NCBI GenBank assembly: GCA_051439605.1
Contig: JBFRWN010000081.1
Span: 11,717 to 75,716, forward strand
Direction: 5' to 3'
Source: Synechococcus sp.
Lineage (GTDB): Bacteria; Cyanobacteriota; Cyanobacteriia; Thermostichales; PCC-7336
Length of the DNA stretch: 64,000 bases
Shown here: piece after piece, positions 11,816 to 22,622 of the stretch
How positions within the stretch are numbered: position 1 is the stretch's first letter
How the letters are laid out: every line of letters starts with the position of its first letter
Made by a program: the position numbers and the translations under genes
The notes under the pieces: model-generated
Database searches by the model: none
What the model was told of the DNA's origin: nothing
Seen by the model: only the letters and a program-made list of their open reading frames with translations

Positions 11816-13384
11816 ATGACTATGTCCACCAATCCTGCTGCTTCCAAAACTTCCCATAAGGGTGACAAACAGCCAGAGGATATTGATGCCCTCAAGGCAG
11901 CTCGAATTGAGAAATTGAGTCAGTTGCGCGCTGCTGGCATCGAGCCCTATGCCTATAAATTTAATCGCACCCACATGGCACAGGACCTGCAGGACTCTTA
12001 TGTAGATCTAGGGGCTGGTGAAGAGGTGGATGACCGGGTAGCGATCGCCGGGCGCATTATGTTGCGGCGAGTATTTGGCAAGCTGGCCTTTTTCACGCTG
12101 CAGGATCAGTCCGGCACGATTCAGCTCTATTTGGACAAAAAGCGCATCACCGTCGGTATGGGGGAAGAGGCGTTTAATACCCTCAAGAAGCTAACGGATG
12201 CAGGGGACTGGATTGGGGTACAAGGCACCCTGAAACGGACGGATAAAGGAGAATTGTCGGTTGCAGTGGACGAGTACGAGATTCTCAGCAAGTCGCTGCT
12301 GCCGTTGCCCGACAAGTACCACGGTCTCAAGGATGTGGAAAAGCGCTACCGTCAGCGCTATGTTGACTTGATGGTGAATCCCGGGGTGCGCCAGACGTTT
12401 CAGCAGCGGGCAACGATCGTGCGGACAATCCGCCGGACTCTGGAGGATCTCGGTTTCCTGGAGATTGAAACTCCCGTCTTGCAGTCGGAGGCGGGTGGTG
12501 CTGAGGCCCGTCCGTTTATGACCCATCACAATGCCCTCAGCCTCGATCTTTATTTGCGCATAGCCACCGAGCTGCACCTCAAGCGACTGGTGGTAGGCGG
12601 CCTTGAAAAAGTATTTGAGCTGGGTCGCATTTTCCGCAACGAAGGAATTTCCACCCGCCACAACCCCGAATTCACGTCGGTGGAGGTATACCAAGCCTAC
12701 GGCGATTATCACGACATGATGGAGCTCACCGAAGCCACCATCGTGAATGCAGCTCAAGCAGTATTGAGTACCACCAAGCTGAGCTATCAAGGGGAACCCA
12801 TCGACCTCACGCCCCCTTGGCGACGGGTGACGATGCACGACTTGGTGAAGGAAACCACCGGATTGGATTTTGCAGCGTTTGAAGGGCAGCCGGATGGACT
12901 GGCTACTGCCAAAGCGGCGGTGGCAGAGTTGCACGTGAAGGAAGCTGATGATTGTGAGACCCTTGGTCTCCTCCTCGTGAAAACGTTTGAGGATTGCTGC
13001 GAAGAGACCCTTCGGCAGCCCACGTTTGTGATCGATTATCCGGTGGAGAATTCTCCACTGGCTCGTGCGCATCGCTCGAAACCTGGATTGGTTGAACGCT
13101 TTGAACTCTTTATCGTTGGCCGCGAGACGGCGAACGGTTATTCAGAGCTGACCGATCCTCTGGATCAACGGGTTCGTTTAGAGGAGCAGGCTGCCCAGAA
13201 GGCGGCGGGCAATGAGGAAGCCCATTTTATGGATGAGGATTTCTTAATGGCGCTCGAACATGGGTTACCCCCTACGATGGGAATGGGCATCGGTATCGAT
13301 CGCCTGTGCATGTTGATATGCGATGCGGCTAGTATTCGGGATGTCATTGCGTTTCCGTTGTTGAGGCCAGAAGGGTCAGAATAG
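11816..13384 (+). CDS. lysS: Lysine--tRNA ligase (class II)
   Basis: OB-fold anticodon domain, [44 protein letters not shown]. Confidence 0.98.
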   Translation: MTMSTNPAASKTSHKGDKQPEDIDALKAARIEKLSQLRAAGIEPYAYKFNRTHMAQDLQDSYVDLGAGEEVDDRVAIAGRIMLRRVFGKLAFFTLQDQSGTIQLYLDKKRITVGMGEEAFNTLKKLTDAGDWIGVQGTLKRTDKGELSVAVDEYEILSKSLLPLPDKYHGLKDVEKRYRQRYVDLMVNPGVRQTFQQRATIVRTIRRTLEDLGFLEIETPVLQSEAGGAEARPFMTHHNALSLDLYLRIATELHLKRLVVGGLEKVFELGRIFRNEGISTRHNPEFTSVEVYQAYGDYHDMMELTEATIVNAAQAVLSTTKLSYQGEPIDLTPPWRRVTMHDLVKETTGLDFAAFEGQPDGLATAKAAVAELHVKEADDCETLGLLLVKTFEDCCEETLRQPTFVIDYPVENSPLARAHRSKPGLVERFELFIVGRETANGYSELTDPLDQRVRLEEQAAQKAAGNEEAHFMDEDFLMALEHGLPPTMGMGIGIDRLCMLICDAASIRDVIAFPLLRPEGSE

Positions 13385-13391
13385 GTGACAT

Positions 13392-13883
13392 TTAAATCGG
13401 GACCGATGACCTATCGATTGCTCGTAGACCGCCGAAGCGCTCGGAAATGATGTCGTCGTAGGTGTCGGCGATCGCCGCCACACAGAGAATGCAGGTTTGC
13501 AGCTCTACTAGGTCTAGGTTTTCGCCCCCCAATACGCTTTCAGAAAACACGATGTTATTGCTTTCATCCAGCTGAAAGGCCCCAAACTGCATGCGGCGAT
13601 TTTCTGACAGTAGATAGTGCATGAGATGGGCGTCCATTTCTGTGCCGATGGTGACGCAACTGCAGGCTCGTACGAGGGCCATTTCAGTGTTGTCCCAGGG
13701 ATGCACCTCCCAGGGCAAAACTTCGACTTCGACCATCGTCGATTCGTAAAGCAAATCAAATTTGGGGCGATTGGCAAGTGCCCGCATCGAATCTTTGAAT
13801 AAACGGGAGGAATTGAGATAGTCGGCAACTTTCTCGTAGGTGATGGTTTGGGTTTTGCTGATGAACGTAGGGCTGGCAGACAT
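13392..13883 (-). CDS. YbjN / T3SS-chaperone-like fold protein
   Basis: LMHYLLSENRRMQFGAFQLD and VAAIADTYDDIISERFGG are typical of this family. Confidence 0.7.
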   Translation of the reverse strand: MSASPTFISKTQTITYEKVADYLNSSRLFKDSMRALANRPKFDLLYESTMVEVEVLPWEVHPWDNTEMALVRACSCVTIGTEMDAHLMHYLLSENRRMQFGAFQLDESNNIVFSESVLGGENLDLVELQTCILCVAAIADTYDDIISERFGGLRAIDRSSVPI

Positions 13884-14003
13884 GCTTTGGACAGTTGTAG
13901 AGGATAAGAACGGTCAAGGGCTTAGGGGCATGGGTATGGGGGCTCGGTTTTGAGGGCAACTGTAATGATGGCGAACGGAATCAAGACGGGCTGGGCAGGC
14001 TGC

Positions 14004-14834
14004 CTAGCGCATGAACATGCGTCGATCGAGGGTTTTTGGATCGTGGGTGCCGATAAATTCATCTAGGCTCTCATCGGAATCTAAAGACCCATCCACCATG
14101 TGGATGATGCGATCGGCGACATCCAAAATTCGGTTGTCGTGGGTGACCATCAAAATGGTGCACCCCTGTTCTCGAACTAGCTCTTGCATGATGGTCACCA
14201 CTTCGCGACCCGATTCTCTATCGAGGGCGGCGGTGGGTTCGTCCGCCAAGATCAGCTTGGGTTGATTGACCAACGCTCTGGCGATCGCCACTCTCTGCTT
14301 TTGCCCCCCCGAGAGCGATCGGGGCTTGTAATCAACGCGGTTGGCTAGGCCGAGCCGGCTTAACATATCTACAGCTAATGTTCGCTTTTGCCGGATGTTA
14401 CCTGTCAGTTCCACTGCCATCTCGACGTTTTGGCTGGCACTGAGGGATTCAAATAGATTGTGGGATTGGAAGATAAATCCAATATTGCGGCGGATGTTAA
14501 CCAGGCTCGGCCGCTTGAGCCCCACGAGCTCCTGTTGCAGCACCCGCAGGTTGCCCTCGTGAGCCGACCGTAGTGCACCCACCAGCGTCAGCAAGGTTGT
14601 TTTGCCGGACCCAGAGGGGCCGGTCATAATGACAATTTGTCCCTGCGGCAGGTCGAGATTGATGTCGAACAGCACCTGTTTGCGCAGCTCTTTTTCCCCA
14701 AAGAAATAATTTAGGTTGCGAATGCATACAACGGGATCGGCTACCCCAGATGTGGGATGGTCGAGTGAAACACCAGCGGTTAAGTCGCTGGTGGGCGAGT
14801 CTTTTGGAGTCGTGTTGAGGGCTGTTGGGTTCAT
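14004..14834 (-). CDS. DevA-family ABC exporter ATP-binding subunit
   Basis: GPSGSGKTT, LSGGQKQRVAIARAL, LADEPTAALD; follows two DevC-type permeases. Confidence 0.93.
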   Translation of the reverse strand: MNPTALNTTPKDSPTSDLTAGVSLDHPTSGVADPVVCIRNLNYFFGEKELRKQVLFDINLDLPQGQIVIMTGPSGSGKTTLLTLVGALRSAHEGNLRVLQQELVGLKRPSLVNIRRNIGFIFQSHNLFESLSASQNVEMAVELTGNIRQKRTLAVDMLSRLGLANRVDYKPRSLSGGQKQRVAIARALVNQPKLILADEPTAALDRESGREVVTIMQELVREQGCTILMVTHDNRILDVADRIIHMVDGSLDSDESLDEFIGTHDPKTLDRRMFMR

Positions 14835-14849
14835 CTGTTTGTCTCTCGA

Positions 14850-16031
14850 CTAGTCAAATACTTCTGCTGGGTCGGCACGCTGCACTCTGCGCAGGGCGAG
14901 CGCCCCGGAAATTAAGCACATGGCAAAGGTGGCGGTCAGAGTGCTGAATGTCCGGGAGGGATTCATGACCATCACCAGCCCGGTGGCTTGACTCGTCAAA
15001 CTGTAGAGACCCACACTGGTGGCCCAACCTGGAATAAAGCCCATAACTGAGAGCAGAAGGGCTTCTTGAATGACCACTTCAAATAGGAACCGATCGGCGT
15101 AGCCAATCGCCTTCAGGGTGGCATATTGCACCCAATGGTTGGCCACATCTGTGTAGAGGATTTGGTAAACCAAAATGATGCCCACCACAAATCCCATCAT
15201 GGTGAGCAAGCCAAAAATGAAGCCGATGTTGGTATTTTCCTGCCAGTAGCGAATTTCCCGGTTCGCAAACTCCGTCATGCTCATGATGGTCACATCGTTG
15301 GGTAAGCCCTGCTGTAATTGGGCAACAACGGCATCGATATCAGCCCCTTTGGTTACCGTCAGCAACCCCACATCCACTGTTTTGAGGGAGCGATCGTCGA
15401 CCTCCGGTCCTTGCTCGGCGAAATAGCGCAGAAAATTATCCTCGCTCATGAGGACGTTGCCGGTACCCGCCGCAAAATCAGTGCCCAGTTGAAAGGTGCC
15501 CACCGATCGCACCCGTCGCTCTGCTAACTCTGTGACGATACCGGTTTCTGTCGGTCCCACTTCTGGGCGCGACCGAGTGTCAAGCAAAATGGTTTCGGGC
15601 ATCCGCAGGTCTTCCACCTTGGAGGCGATCTCAGGCAGTAGAAAGACTGGGTCATTGAGGTTAAAGGCAATCGCCCGCAGACGCGTGGTTTTGCCCGTAT
15701 CAGGATTTTTCCAGGGGGCGGATACTTCTAGGTATAAGGGATATGCATCCTCAACCCCTTCGTAGGCTCTTGCCTGATAGAGGCGATTGCGGGCAAATTG
15801 CTCGGGCACAAACATGTTGGTTTTGAGGCGATTGATGATGACAATGTCGCCGTTGAGGGATTTGTGCAATTGCACCTGGCTATCGTACAGGGCGTTTTGA
15901 AATCCCTTGAAGATGAACATCAGCAGAACGGCAAAGGCTACTCCCGCTAAGGCTACCAACAGACGGCGGCGCTCGTAGGTGAGGTTGTACCAAGCTAGAG
16001 GTGTTTGTCGAACTCCCCAATTGAACGGCAT
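14850..16031 (-). CDS. DevC-family ABC exporter permease
   Basis: TPLAWYNL, GVAFAVLLMF, YQILYTDV, YATLKAIGY, ADPAEVF. The ATG overlaps the upstream stop codon. Confidence 0.92.
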   Translation of the reverse strand: MPFNWGVRQTPLAWYNLTYERRRLLVALAGVAFAVLLMFIFKGFQNALYDSQVQLHKSLNGDIVIINRLKTNMFVPEQFARNRLYQARAYEGVEDAYPLYLEVSAPWKNPDTGKTTRLRAIAFNLNDPVFLLPEIASKVEDLRMPETILLDTRSRPEVGPTETGIVTELAERRVRSVGTFQLGTDFAAGTGNVLMSEDNFLRYFAEQGPEVDDRSLKTVDVGLLTVTKGADIDAVVAQLQQGLPNDVTIMSMTEFANREIRYWQENTNIGFIFGLLTMMGFVVGIILVYQILYTDVANHWVQYATLKAIGYADRFLFEVVIQEALLLSVMGFIPGWATSVGLYSLTSQATGLVMVMNPSRTFSTLTATFAMCLISGALALRRVQRADPAEVFD

Positions 16032-17173
16032 CAGAATACCTCCGCTGGGTCGGCTCGCATCACTTTGCGCATGGCAAGTCCCCCGGAAAGTACGCACATC
16101 ATCAACACCATGACGAAGACGTAAATGGCCCGATCGACTTCCATACCCACCGGTAACGTGCCGCTGGTGGCGGTATAGGCAAGGTGATAGAGCCCCAAAG
16201 ACACCACGAACCCCGGTGTATATCCCAAGCCTGCCAAGATGCTTGCTTCCTGCAGCACGATGCCAAACAGGTACGTATCGCGGAATCCCATGGCTTTGAG
16301 GGTGGCGTATTCAGGTAGGCGATCGGAGATGTCGGTGTACAAAATCTGGTAGACAATCACTGCTCCGACAATCAGGGAGACCATCACTCCCAAGCCAAAT
16401 ATAAAGCCTGTGGAGGTGGCGCCGATCCAATACGCTCGCTCCCGTTCCACAATCCCTGCTTGGGTGTATACCTCGACGTCAGGGGGCAGAATTTGCCGCA
16501 GTTTATCCCGCACTGCGATTGCGTCGGTGTCCTCCTCAAGCTGCAGAACGCCAACATCAACATCGTCTATGGAACGCCGTGGGAAATAGCGAAAGAAATT
16601 TTGGTCGCTGAGAATGACAGTTCCGTCGGACGCAAAGCCTCCTCCAAGGGCATATTGCCCCCCAACAGTCACTCGTCGTCCCTCTACTTCTGTAACAGTG
16701 CCCACATCCATAGGGCCAAACTCCGGACGGGAGTAGATATCTATGAGGACGGTGTTGGTGCGCAGTAACATGGCCTGGATCTGGGGATCCTCGAACTCGG
16801 GCAGCTGGAAGAGGCCATCGTTAGGATTGACCCCAAAGAAAAACATGGCCCGGTTGATGCGGGTGTCTGGATTGCGCCACTGACCGTAGCTGACATAGAG
16901 GGGCATAGAGCGCTTGACACCGGCAATGCCCTCAGCTTGATAGAGGCGCTTGATGGTAAAGGGCTTGGCGGAACTAATGTCCTGGCTAACTGGAGAAATT
17001 AAGAAAATATCTCCCTCCATGCGGTTGTAAAGTTGCGAGGCCGTTTTGGCCAGTGCCCCCAAAAAGCCCAGGTTCATAAACACCAGCAGCACGGCAAAAC
17101 TCACCCCGGCGATCGCCACCAGCAGGCGCGTTTTCTCATGCACCAAATTCAGCCAGGAGATTGGAGTTCTCAC
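16031..17173 (-). CDS. DevC-family ABC exporter permease
   Basis: TPISWLNL, GVSFAVLLVF, YQILYTDI, EYATLKAMG, ADPAEVF. Confidence 0.92.
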   Translation of the reverse strand: MRTPISWLNLVHEKTRLLVAIAGVSFAVLLVFMNLGFLGALAKTASQLYNRMEGDIFLISPVSQDISSAKPFTIKRLYQAEGIAGVKRSMPLYVSYGQWRNPDTRINRAMFFFGVNPNDGLFQLPEFEDPQIQAMLLRTNTVLIDIYSRPEFGPMDVGTVTEVEGRRVTVGGQYALGGGFASDGTVILSDQNFFRYFPRRSIDDVDVGVLQLEEDTDAIAVRDKLRQILPPDVEVYTQAGIVERERAYWIGATSTGFIFGLGVMVSLIVGAVIVYQILYTDISDRLPEYATLKAMGFRDTYLFGIVLQEASILAGLGYTPGFVVSLGLYHLAYTATSGTLPVGMEVDRAIYVFVMVLMMCVLSGGLAMRKVMRADPAEVF

Positions 17174-18552
17174 GAATCTGCAGCCTTAGAGAGGGTCGGA
17201 ATTGTCACCAGGCCGGTACGAACTAAAGACTCGGACCGCAGCGTATTGAGAGTGCTCTTTCGTGAGGTAGAGAGGGTCTGCTCGCTTGCCCCTATCCAAT
17301 GGGTGAGACTATTGTCTGCAGTGGGATCGTCGCCCTCCGAAATACTGTCCTCCGCTGTGGCAGGGGCTGGTTGCTCGTCCGATGCCACATTGATGCGAAC
17401 ATCTACCTGTAGGTTGGTCAGACCTGCCACCGGTTTGCTCTCATTTAGACGAATTTTGACTTCAACCACCCGAGAGTCAGCATTGGCAGCTGGGTCATCA
17501 TCTAGCACGTCGTTTTTAAAAATTTGCCATCCCACTTCAGCAACCGAGCCCTCTAAAGATCGGGTAAAGGCTCCGTTTCGACTGACAATGGTGGCGGGCT
17601 GTCCCACTTTCACCAAGCTGATATCGGTTTCGTAGACTTCCGCTACTACGTACATCTGGTTGGTGTCACCCATATCCAAGATGCCTTCTTTAGCGGCGAT
17701 CGCCTCCCCTGCCTTGGTGTAAATCTGCAAAATACGGCCATCCTGGGGGGCACGAATGATGGTACGCTCCAGTTTTGCTTCTGCTAAGGCCAAATTGCTG
17801 CGGGCTGATTCCACAGCCACCTGGATTTGTGAGAGTTCGAGACTGGCTTGAGCTGCCTGTAACTGTGCTTCAGCATTGAGCATATCTGTCTCTTTGGAAG
17901 CTTCTAACCGCACAAGAGCAGCGCGGGCGTTACTGAGTTGCTCCCGCAATTGATTGACGGTGCTGGTTTGGCGATCGAGTTCCTGTTCAGAAATGGCTCC
18001 GTCTATAAATAGGGTTTTGAACCGCTCGAGATCCTCATCCTCCTGCAGAAGTTCTACTTCTAGCTGGCGAATGATGGCCTCTTGCCCTTCAATTTCGAAA
18101 GCCGAAGGGCGTTCGATTTGCTGCAGTCGGGTTTTGGCTTCGAGAACTTCTGCCAGTCCGAAATCCGTTTGAGCAGCCAGTCGGCTTTCTGCCTCCGCCA
18201 GTTGGCTGGCTGCTAAGTCCCGCTCTGCCAGACGCTCTTGATGACTTTCTAGGTAGGCTAGGACCGATTCTGCCTCTACCCAAGCTCCTTGGCTGACCGC
18301 TAATCGGCCAATGCGCTCACCCGTGGGGCCGCTAATGCGAATGGTTTCTCCTCGTGGCTCTATGCGTCCTAAGGCAGCCACCGCTACTCTTTGCGGTTGC
18401 GCTGCGTCCACTACCTCTGCGGTCCTGGATGATGGTGCTGAGGCTGAATTTCCGTTTGAGGGGTTCAGCCGCGAAAATCCGATTGCTGCAATCAGGCCAA
18501 TTGCCCCCCCTGCAATGGCAAATTTCAGCCGCCGTTGCCCGCTATTTCCCAT
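17170..18552 (-). CDS. DevB/HlyD-family membrane fusion protein
   Basis: N-terminal TM, VAALGRIEP, coiled hairpin, IRAPQDG, MYVVAEVYETD, RVVEVKIRL, TNLQV. Confidence 0.92.
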   Translation of the reverse strand: MGNSGQRRLKFAIAGGAIGLIAAIGFSRLNPSNGNSASAPSSRTAEVVDAAQPQRVAVAALGRIEPRGETIRISGPTGERIGRLAVSQGAWVEAESVLAYLESHQERLAERDLAASQLAEAESRLAAQTDFGLAEVLEAKTRLQQIERPSAFEIEGQEAIIRQLEVELLQEDEDLERFKTLFIDGAISEQELDRQTSTVNQLREQLSNARAALVRLEASKETDMLNAEAQLQAAQASLELSQIQVAVESARSNLALAEAKLERTIIRAPQDGRILQIYTKAGEAIAAKEGILDMGDTNQMYVVAEVYETDISLVKVGQPATIVSRNGAFTRSLEGSVAEVGWQIFKNDVLDDDPAANADSRVVEVKIRLNESKPVAGLTNLQVDVRINVASDEQPAPATAEDSISEGDDPTADNSLTHWIGASEQTLSTSRKSTLNTLRSESLVRTGLVTIPTLSKAADS

Positions 18553-19061
18553 AAAACCTCTGCTTACCCCAACGAGTCGGTCTGAAACTTCTGATACTGC
18601 CTAAGATTGGTCTAGTAAACCCTTTGGGCCAGCGGTACTCTCCGATGAGAGACTGAAGCAGACCCACTTTGTTATTCTTAGCATTTTTTAATACTCTCTA
18701 GAGTCTGAGAACGTTGGTAATGACGCAAACTCTTGCTTGCAGGACTGATATACAAGGGGTTGATGGGCTCCGGTCTGTAGCGGAGGGTATTTCAATTAGG
18801 ATGGCACTTGTCCCCCAGTGAGGACTCTGGGGCTGATGATGCTGCCGAATGGCTTGTTCTTCCCTATTTGTAAGCACTCTCTGAACCTGAGCCGCAGTAT
18901 GCCTGCGATGAGACGGTTGAGGAATGCAAACCAGTGTCGGGGGATGTAAATTCCCCAGATGAAGCAGGTAGACGCTTGCCTGAACCCAGTATTTTTTTGA
19001 ACGTTAGGCTTGTATTGTGCGAGCGCGGTCTAGTTGCTGCTCAAATGCAACCCCGACTTCA

Positions 19062-19256
19062 TCACTGCATCAGAGTCCAATTACCATCCACTAATTCTTC
19101 GGTGGTATGAGTATCCCAGCCGCGTTCGCTGGCTATCCATCCAAACTTTTCCAGCGCTTCTTCGTCTGACTCAGCTTCCAGCACCAGTGCGCAGGTATTC
19201 ACAGTTTCTAGAAGGTCATCGTCTTTGATGTCAATCTCAAATCGATAGTGAGCCAT
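19062..19256 (-). CDS. Small acidic hypothetical protein
   Basis: 64-aa ATG-started ORF with protein-like composition (LEAESDEEAL), in a gap with no larger ORF. Confidence 0.55.
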   Translation of the reverse strand: MAHYRFEIDIKDDDLLETVNTCALVLEAESDEEALEKFGWIASERGWDTHTTEELVDGNWTLMQ

Positions 19257-19560
19257 ACTTGCCGCTTCAAAACATATAAATAGCTTCGCGATCGTGAAAG
19301 TTTGTAACTGTTTAGGATGAACGTTTTAGTGCTGAATTGGGCACAAAGTTACGAAACGATCGCTATATGGTAGTAAAAATTCAGTGATATTTCTGAGCCA
19401 AGGACGTACTTTATGTTACCGGTTGTGATTTGGGACTGACCTTTCGACGTTGCCTGTTCGTGGTTGGGTGCAATCTTGTTTCATCAGGATGGGATTTGCT
19501 GAAGCCTGCGGGGAAGCGTATGCCATTCAGGCAGGAGATCGTCGAAAATGAATGTAGAGC

Positions 19561-20334
19561 ATGATTTTTTCGGGTAGTCAGTTAATATTCTCAACCCATT
19601 GTGATGTTCGAGCAGTGGTACGTAGGAAAATCAGCATGTTAAGCAGCGTAATCCTCCTGAACAGTGGTGCGTTGAAGCGCGCCTTTTTCGCTGGCATGGC
19701 AGCAATGGCCATATGTTTTTCACCCGTCTCCGTTTCAGCGAATCCTGCTTTTGCCCCCACCACTCAAGAGGCTTTGTCGGCTGCGGTAGCGGATGAGAAC
19801 TGGTCGCTGGCGATCGCGTTGGTGGATCGCCTGATCGTCGAGCAGGGCGCCGATCGCGATTTGTTGGACTACCGTGCCCGATTGGAGAGACTGAATACGG
19901 CAGCGCTACTCTCTGCTGCAGAAGCTGATACAGGGGGTGGAGCTGGGGGGATGTCAGTCATTCCAGGTCCTAACGCACCCGATGCGATTGCATTAGAGCG
20001 GGAACAACAGCGACAGGCACAATTGGCAGCCCGAGAAGCACGACTGGCCGATCGAGCCGCTCGTCGAGAACAGCGTAATGAAGAACGAATCCTGCGAGCA
20101 GAGAGTCGCTATTTACGGGCCTTAGAACGGGAATCTTTGGCCCGAACGAATGCCATTAATTTCAACAACTCTCGTAGGTGCGCGAGCGCTTATTGTGGTC
20201 GACCTCGATATGGTTTTTATCACGACCGTTTCTTTGAAGACCGCCATTACTACTCCCCCCATCGCGTGCAACCCCGCCAACCGGTCATTCATCACGCTCC
20301 ACCAGTGCGCACTCTTAGGCCAGCGAACTACTAA
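19561..20334 (+). CDS. Hypothetical exported protein
   Basis: Signal-peptide-like N-region, ENWSLAIALVDRLI helix pair, R/E-rich coil. The true start may be downstream (about 19636). Confidence 0.65.
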   Translation: MIFSGSQLIFSTHCDVRAVVRRKISMLSSVILLNSGALKRAFFAGMAAMAICFSPVSVSANPAFAPTTQEALSAAVADENWSLAIALVDRLIVEQGADRDLLDYRARLERLNTAALLSAAEADTGGGAGGMSVIPGPNAPDAIALEREQQRQAQLAAREARLADRAARREQRNEERILRAESRYLRALERESLARTNAINFNNSRRCASAYCGRPRYGFYHDRFFEDRHYYSPHRVQPRQPVIHHAPPVRTLRPANY

Positions 20335-20343
20335 TAAGGTGGG

Positions 20344-20970
20344 TTAACGCCATCCCAGCATAATAATCGATATGCCGAACACGAGGGCGACCGCCGCCAT
20401 GCCCAAGAGGGTTGGAAACCCTTGCACTAAGAAAGCGATCGCCATGCCCACGGCAAAGCTTCCCGCCAACACAATCAGCCGCTGTAAGAAGGGGGCTGTT
20501 CTCTCGACAATGCGCTTGCAAGGGTTAAAGATTAACGCTATTCCAATCGCCGATAGGGATGCGACCACAAAATTCTGGGCGGGGTTGAAGGCATAGGCGG
20601 TAATACCTATAACTCCCAAGATCAATAATGTCAGCCGATAGGGAAGGTAGTCTTGTCGCCACTCGTCGGCAGCGCGAGGATCTGCATCGGGGCTGCGTTC
20701 GTAAGCGAACGAGCTGACTCTTTGGGGGTCGTTCTCGCGATCGCGAATTGGGAGCGCGAATACGTTAACTTTTTGAATATCAGGGGCGAAAGCCGCATCC
20801 AGGCCAGTATTGATGATAGACAAGATGACGGCAGCCTCGGGGAGTTCACCGGGAATGTGACGCACCAACACCTCTAAGATGGGCCCTTTCTGCCGCACCT
20901 CCGCCAAACAATTATAGGGCTGCAGTTGCTGCTCCAGGATGAACTCTAAATCTTTGATTAGCCGCCTCAT
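20344..20970 (-). CDS. Hypothetical membrane protein
   Basis: Soluble N-terminal half followed by about four hydrophobic segments. Confidence 0.7.
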   Translation of the reverse strand: MRRLIKDLEFILEQQLQPYNCLAEVRQKGPILEVLVRHIPGELPEAAVILSIINTGLDAAFAPDIQKVNVFALPIRDRENDPQRVSSFAYERSPDADPRAADEWRQDYLPYRLTLLILGVIGITAYAFNPAQNFVVASLSAIGIALIFNPCKRIVERTAPFLQRLIVLAGSFAVGMAIAFLVQGFPTLLGMAAVALVFGISIIMLGWR

Positions 20971-21101
20971 GTTTACCGTTTCATCACCTTAGGGCGAATC
21001 TCTGTAGGGGGTTAGCCTAGGATTCAGTTGTTAGCCCGATGCAATTTGCTGCTGGTCTCAGTGTAGCGAAGCTGTAGTGCAGTCACTAGACACATCTGCC
21101 T

Positions 21102-22340
21102 TTATCTTTTGCGGTTTCTGCTAGAAACTTCCTTTAATCCAAGCCTCTCTGCTCCTATATGAACGGCATGGAGATGGGGTTCGATCCATGCCAGGAGATA
21201 GGTCTTTTTACAGGACGGGTATTTTTTCATGCCGTCAGCGATCGTTTGTAATAGCCGTTCAGTCAACTCGCCCAAATCTAACTCCGAAGTTGCTGCTCCC
21301 AAGATTGGGAACAGAATCGTTTTAATCTCTGAGTTCTTCTGGGCCAAATCAGCAAATTGACTATAGACATTTCTGATGCAGTCATCGATGAGGAAATCCA
21401 TCGTTCTGTATCCATCCCCAATTGAACCTTGCATGGCTGCTATGTGAAATACATATTTAATTCCCAGTTGGGCCAGTTGATTAGTGGGGGTGGCTACAAC
21501 CGAACCCGGGACAAGTGGCATTTGATGTCCTTGCTTGCGGATTTGGGCCTGCAGTTGTTCATTCAGCGAATCTTCAAGAATATTGCCACCTTTTGTTTTC
21601 AATGCGTCAAGATACCGAAGTGTTCCTGAAATGCAAGGATCGTAGAAGCGAGCCAATTGGAGGTCTATTGTTTCTAAGCTAGCAATCGTATCAACTTGTA
21701 GATCCCCCAGCTGCTTGAGGTCGCCCTTCACAATCTCAATGTGCCGATTGGAATCGAAGGGCAATGTGTAGACTTTGTCCTGACCTGAAGGGAGTGGTTC
21801 GGGACGAGCCGTCTTGTTCATCGCCCTCAGTTGCTGTTCGTATCTAGGCTGCTGTCCGTAGCCGTAAGTCTCGAAAAGACTGGGGGTAGACCAACCTGCT
21901 TGATGAACGGCCTTGACATATTCGTAGACCTCGTCAGCATAAACTCCCTTGATGAGTTGGGTGATTGGCTGGAGTGCATAGTGAACAACGCGTAAATCTT
22001 TGATATCGAAGGGGATCTCCTGCCCTTTCTCAAGCAAAATGATCGCAGGCCGTGCTGCCGCCTGGGCAACGGCCAATTCATAGAAAACATTAGGATTGTG
22101 TTCGGTCAAGATGGCTACACAGAGGTCAGCACCAAGGATCGCCTCGAACATCTGTTTGGTGATTTGCCCCATGGATTGGATGTGGTCGGCCCGCACAGCA
22201 TCGATGTCGATGTCGAATTTCTGCTTGAATTTCTTCATCGCAGGTAGAATTATGAACTCAAGCACATCATCTGCGTGGCCTCGGGTCTCTGATTTCTCTG
22301 CGCCAATAGGACTGATGACAAAGCATTTTTTCTTAATCAT
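21102..22340 (-). CDS. Nucleoside 2-deoxyribosyltransferase/N-glycosidase-like domain fused to a macrodomain
   Basis: N-terminus: CFVISPIG...VRAD...ADLCVAILTEHNPNVFYELAVA...IPFDI. C-terminus: IEIVKGDL, GSVVATP, KYVFHIAA, TILFPILGA (macrodomain-like). Confidence 0.75.
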   Translation of the reverse strand: MIKKKCFVISPIGAEKSETRGHADDVLEFIILPAMKKFKQKFDIDIDAVRADHIQSMGQITKQMFEAILGADLCVAILTEHNPNVFYELAVAQAAARPAIILLEKGQEIPFDIKDLRVVHYALQPITQLIKGVYADEVYEYVKAVHQAGWSTPSLFETYGYGQQPRYEQQLRAMNKTARPEPLPSGQDKVYTLPFDSNRHIEIVKGDLKQLGDLQVDTIASLETIDLQLARFYDPCISGTLRYLDALKTKGGNILEDSLNEQLQAQIRKQGHQMPLVPGSVVATPTNQLAQLGIKYVFHIAAMQGSIGDGYRTMDFLIDDCIRNVYSQFADLAQKNSEIKTILFPILGAATSELDLGELTERLLQTIADGMKKYPSCKKTYLLAWIEPHLHAVHIGAERLGLKEVSSRNRKR

Positions 22341-22622
22341 GAGCAGACCGAATATTACTGATCGATTGTTGTTCTCTTGCTAGGGAAAAATCCTCTGAAT
22401 CAACTATTTTTCCAGTAAAAAGTTGATTATACGGGATTCACTATGGCGTGAGTCTCACTATATCGCTAGATTATTTTATAAATTTCCTAAGTATTTTTGC
22501 TTTCAAACTCAGCCAACGGTTGTCAATGTTTTCAACCCAAACCAACATCAATGTAAAACCGACGCGAAGGCAGATCCGTCTGACTTTGGTACGTTGAGAA
22601 CGTTATTTCGTCCTCACCGGTA

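Noticed and set aside
18797..18847. Fluoride-riboswitch-like GGATGGCA...GCTGATGATGC
   Set aside because: The P1 stem is poor and there is no plausible same-strand gene immediately downstream.
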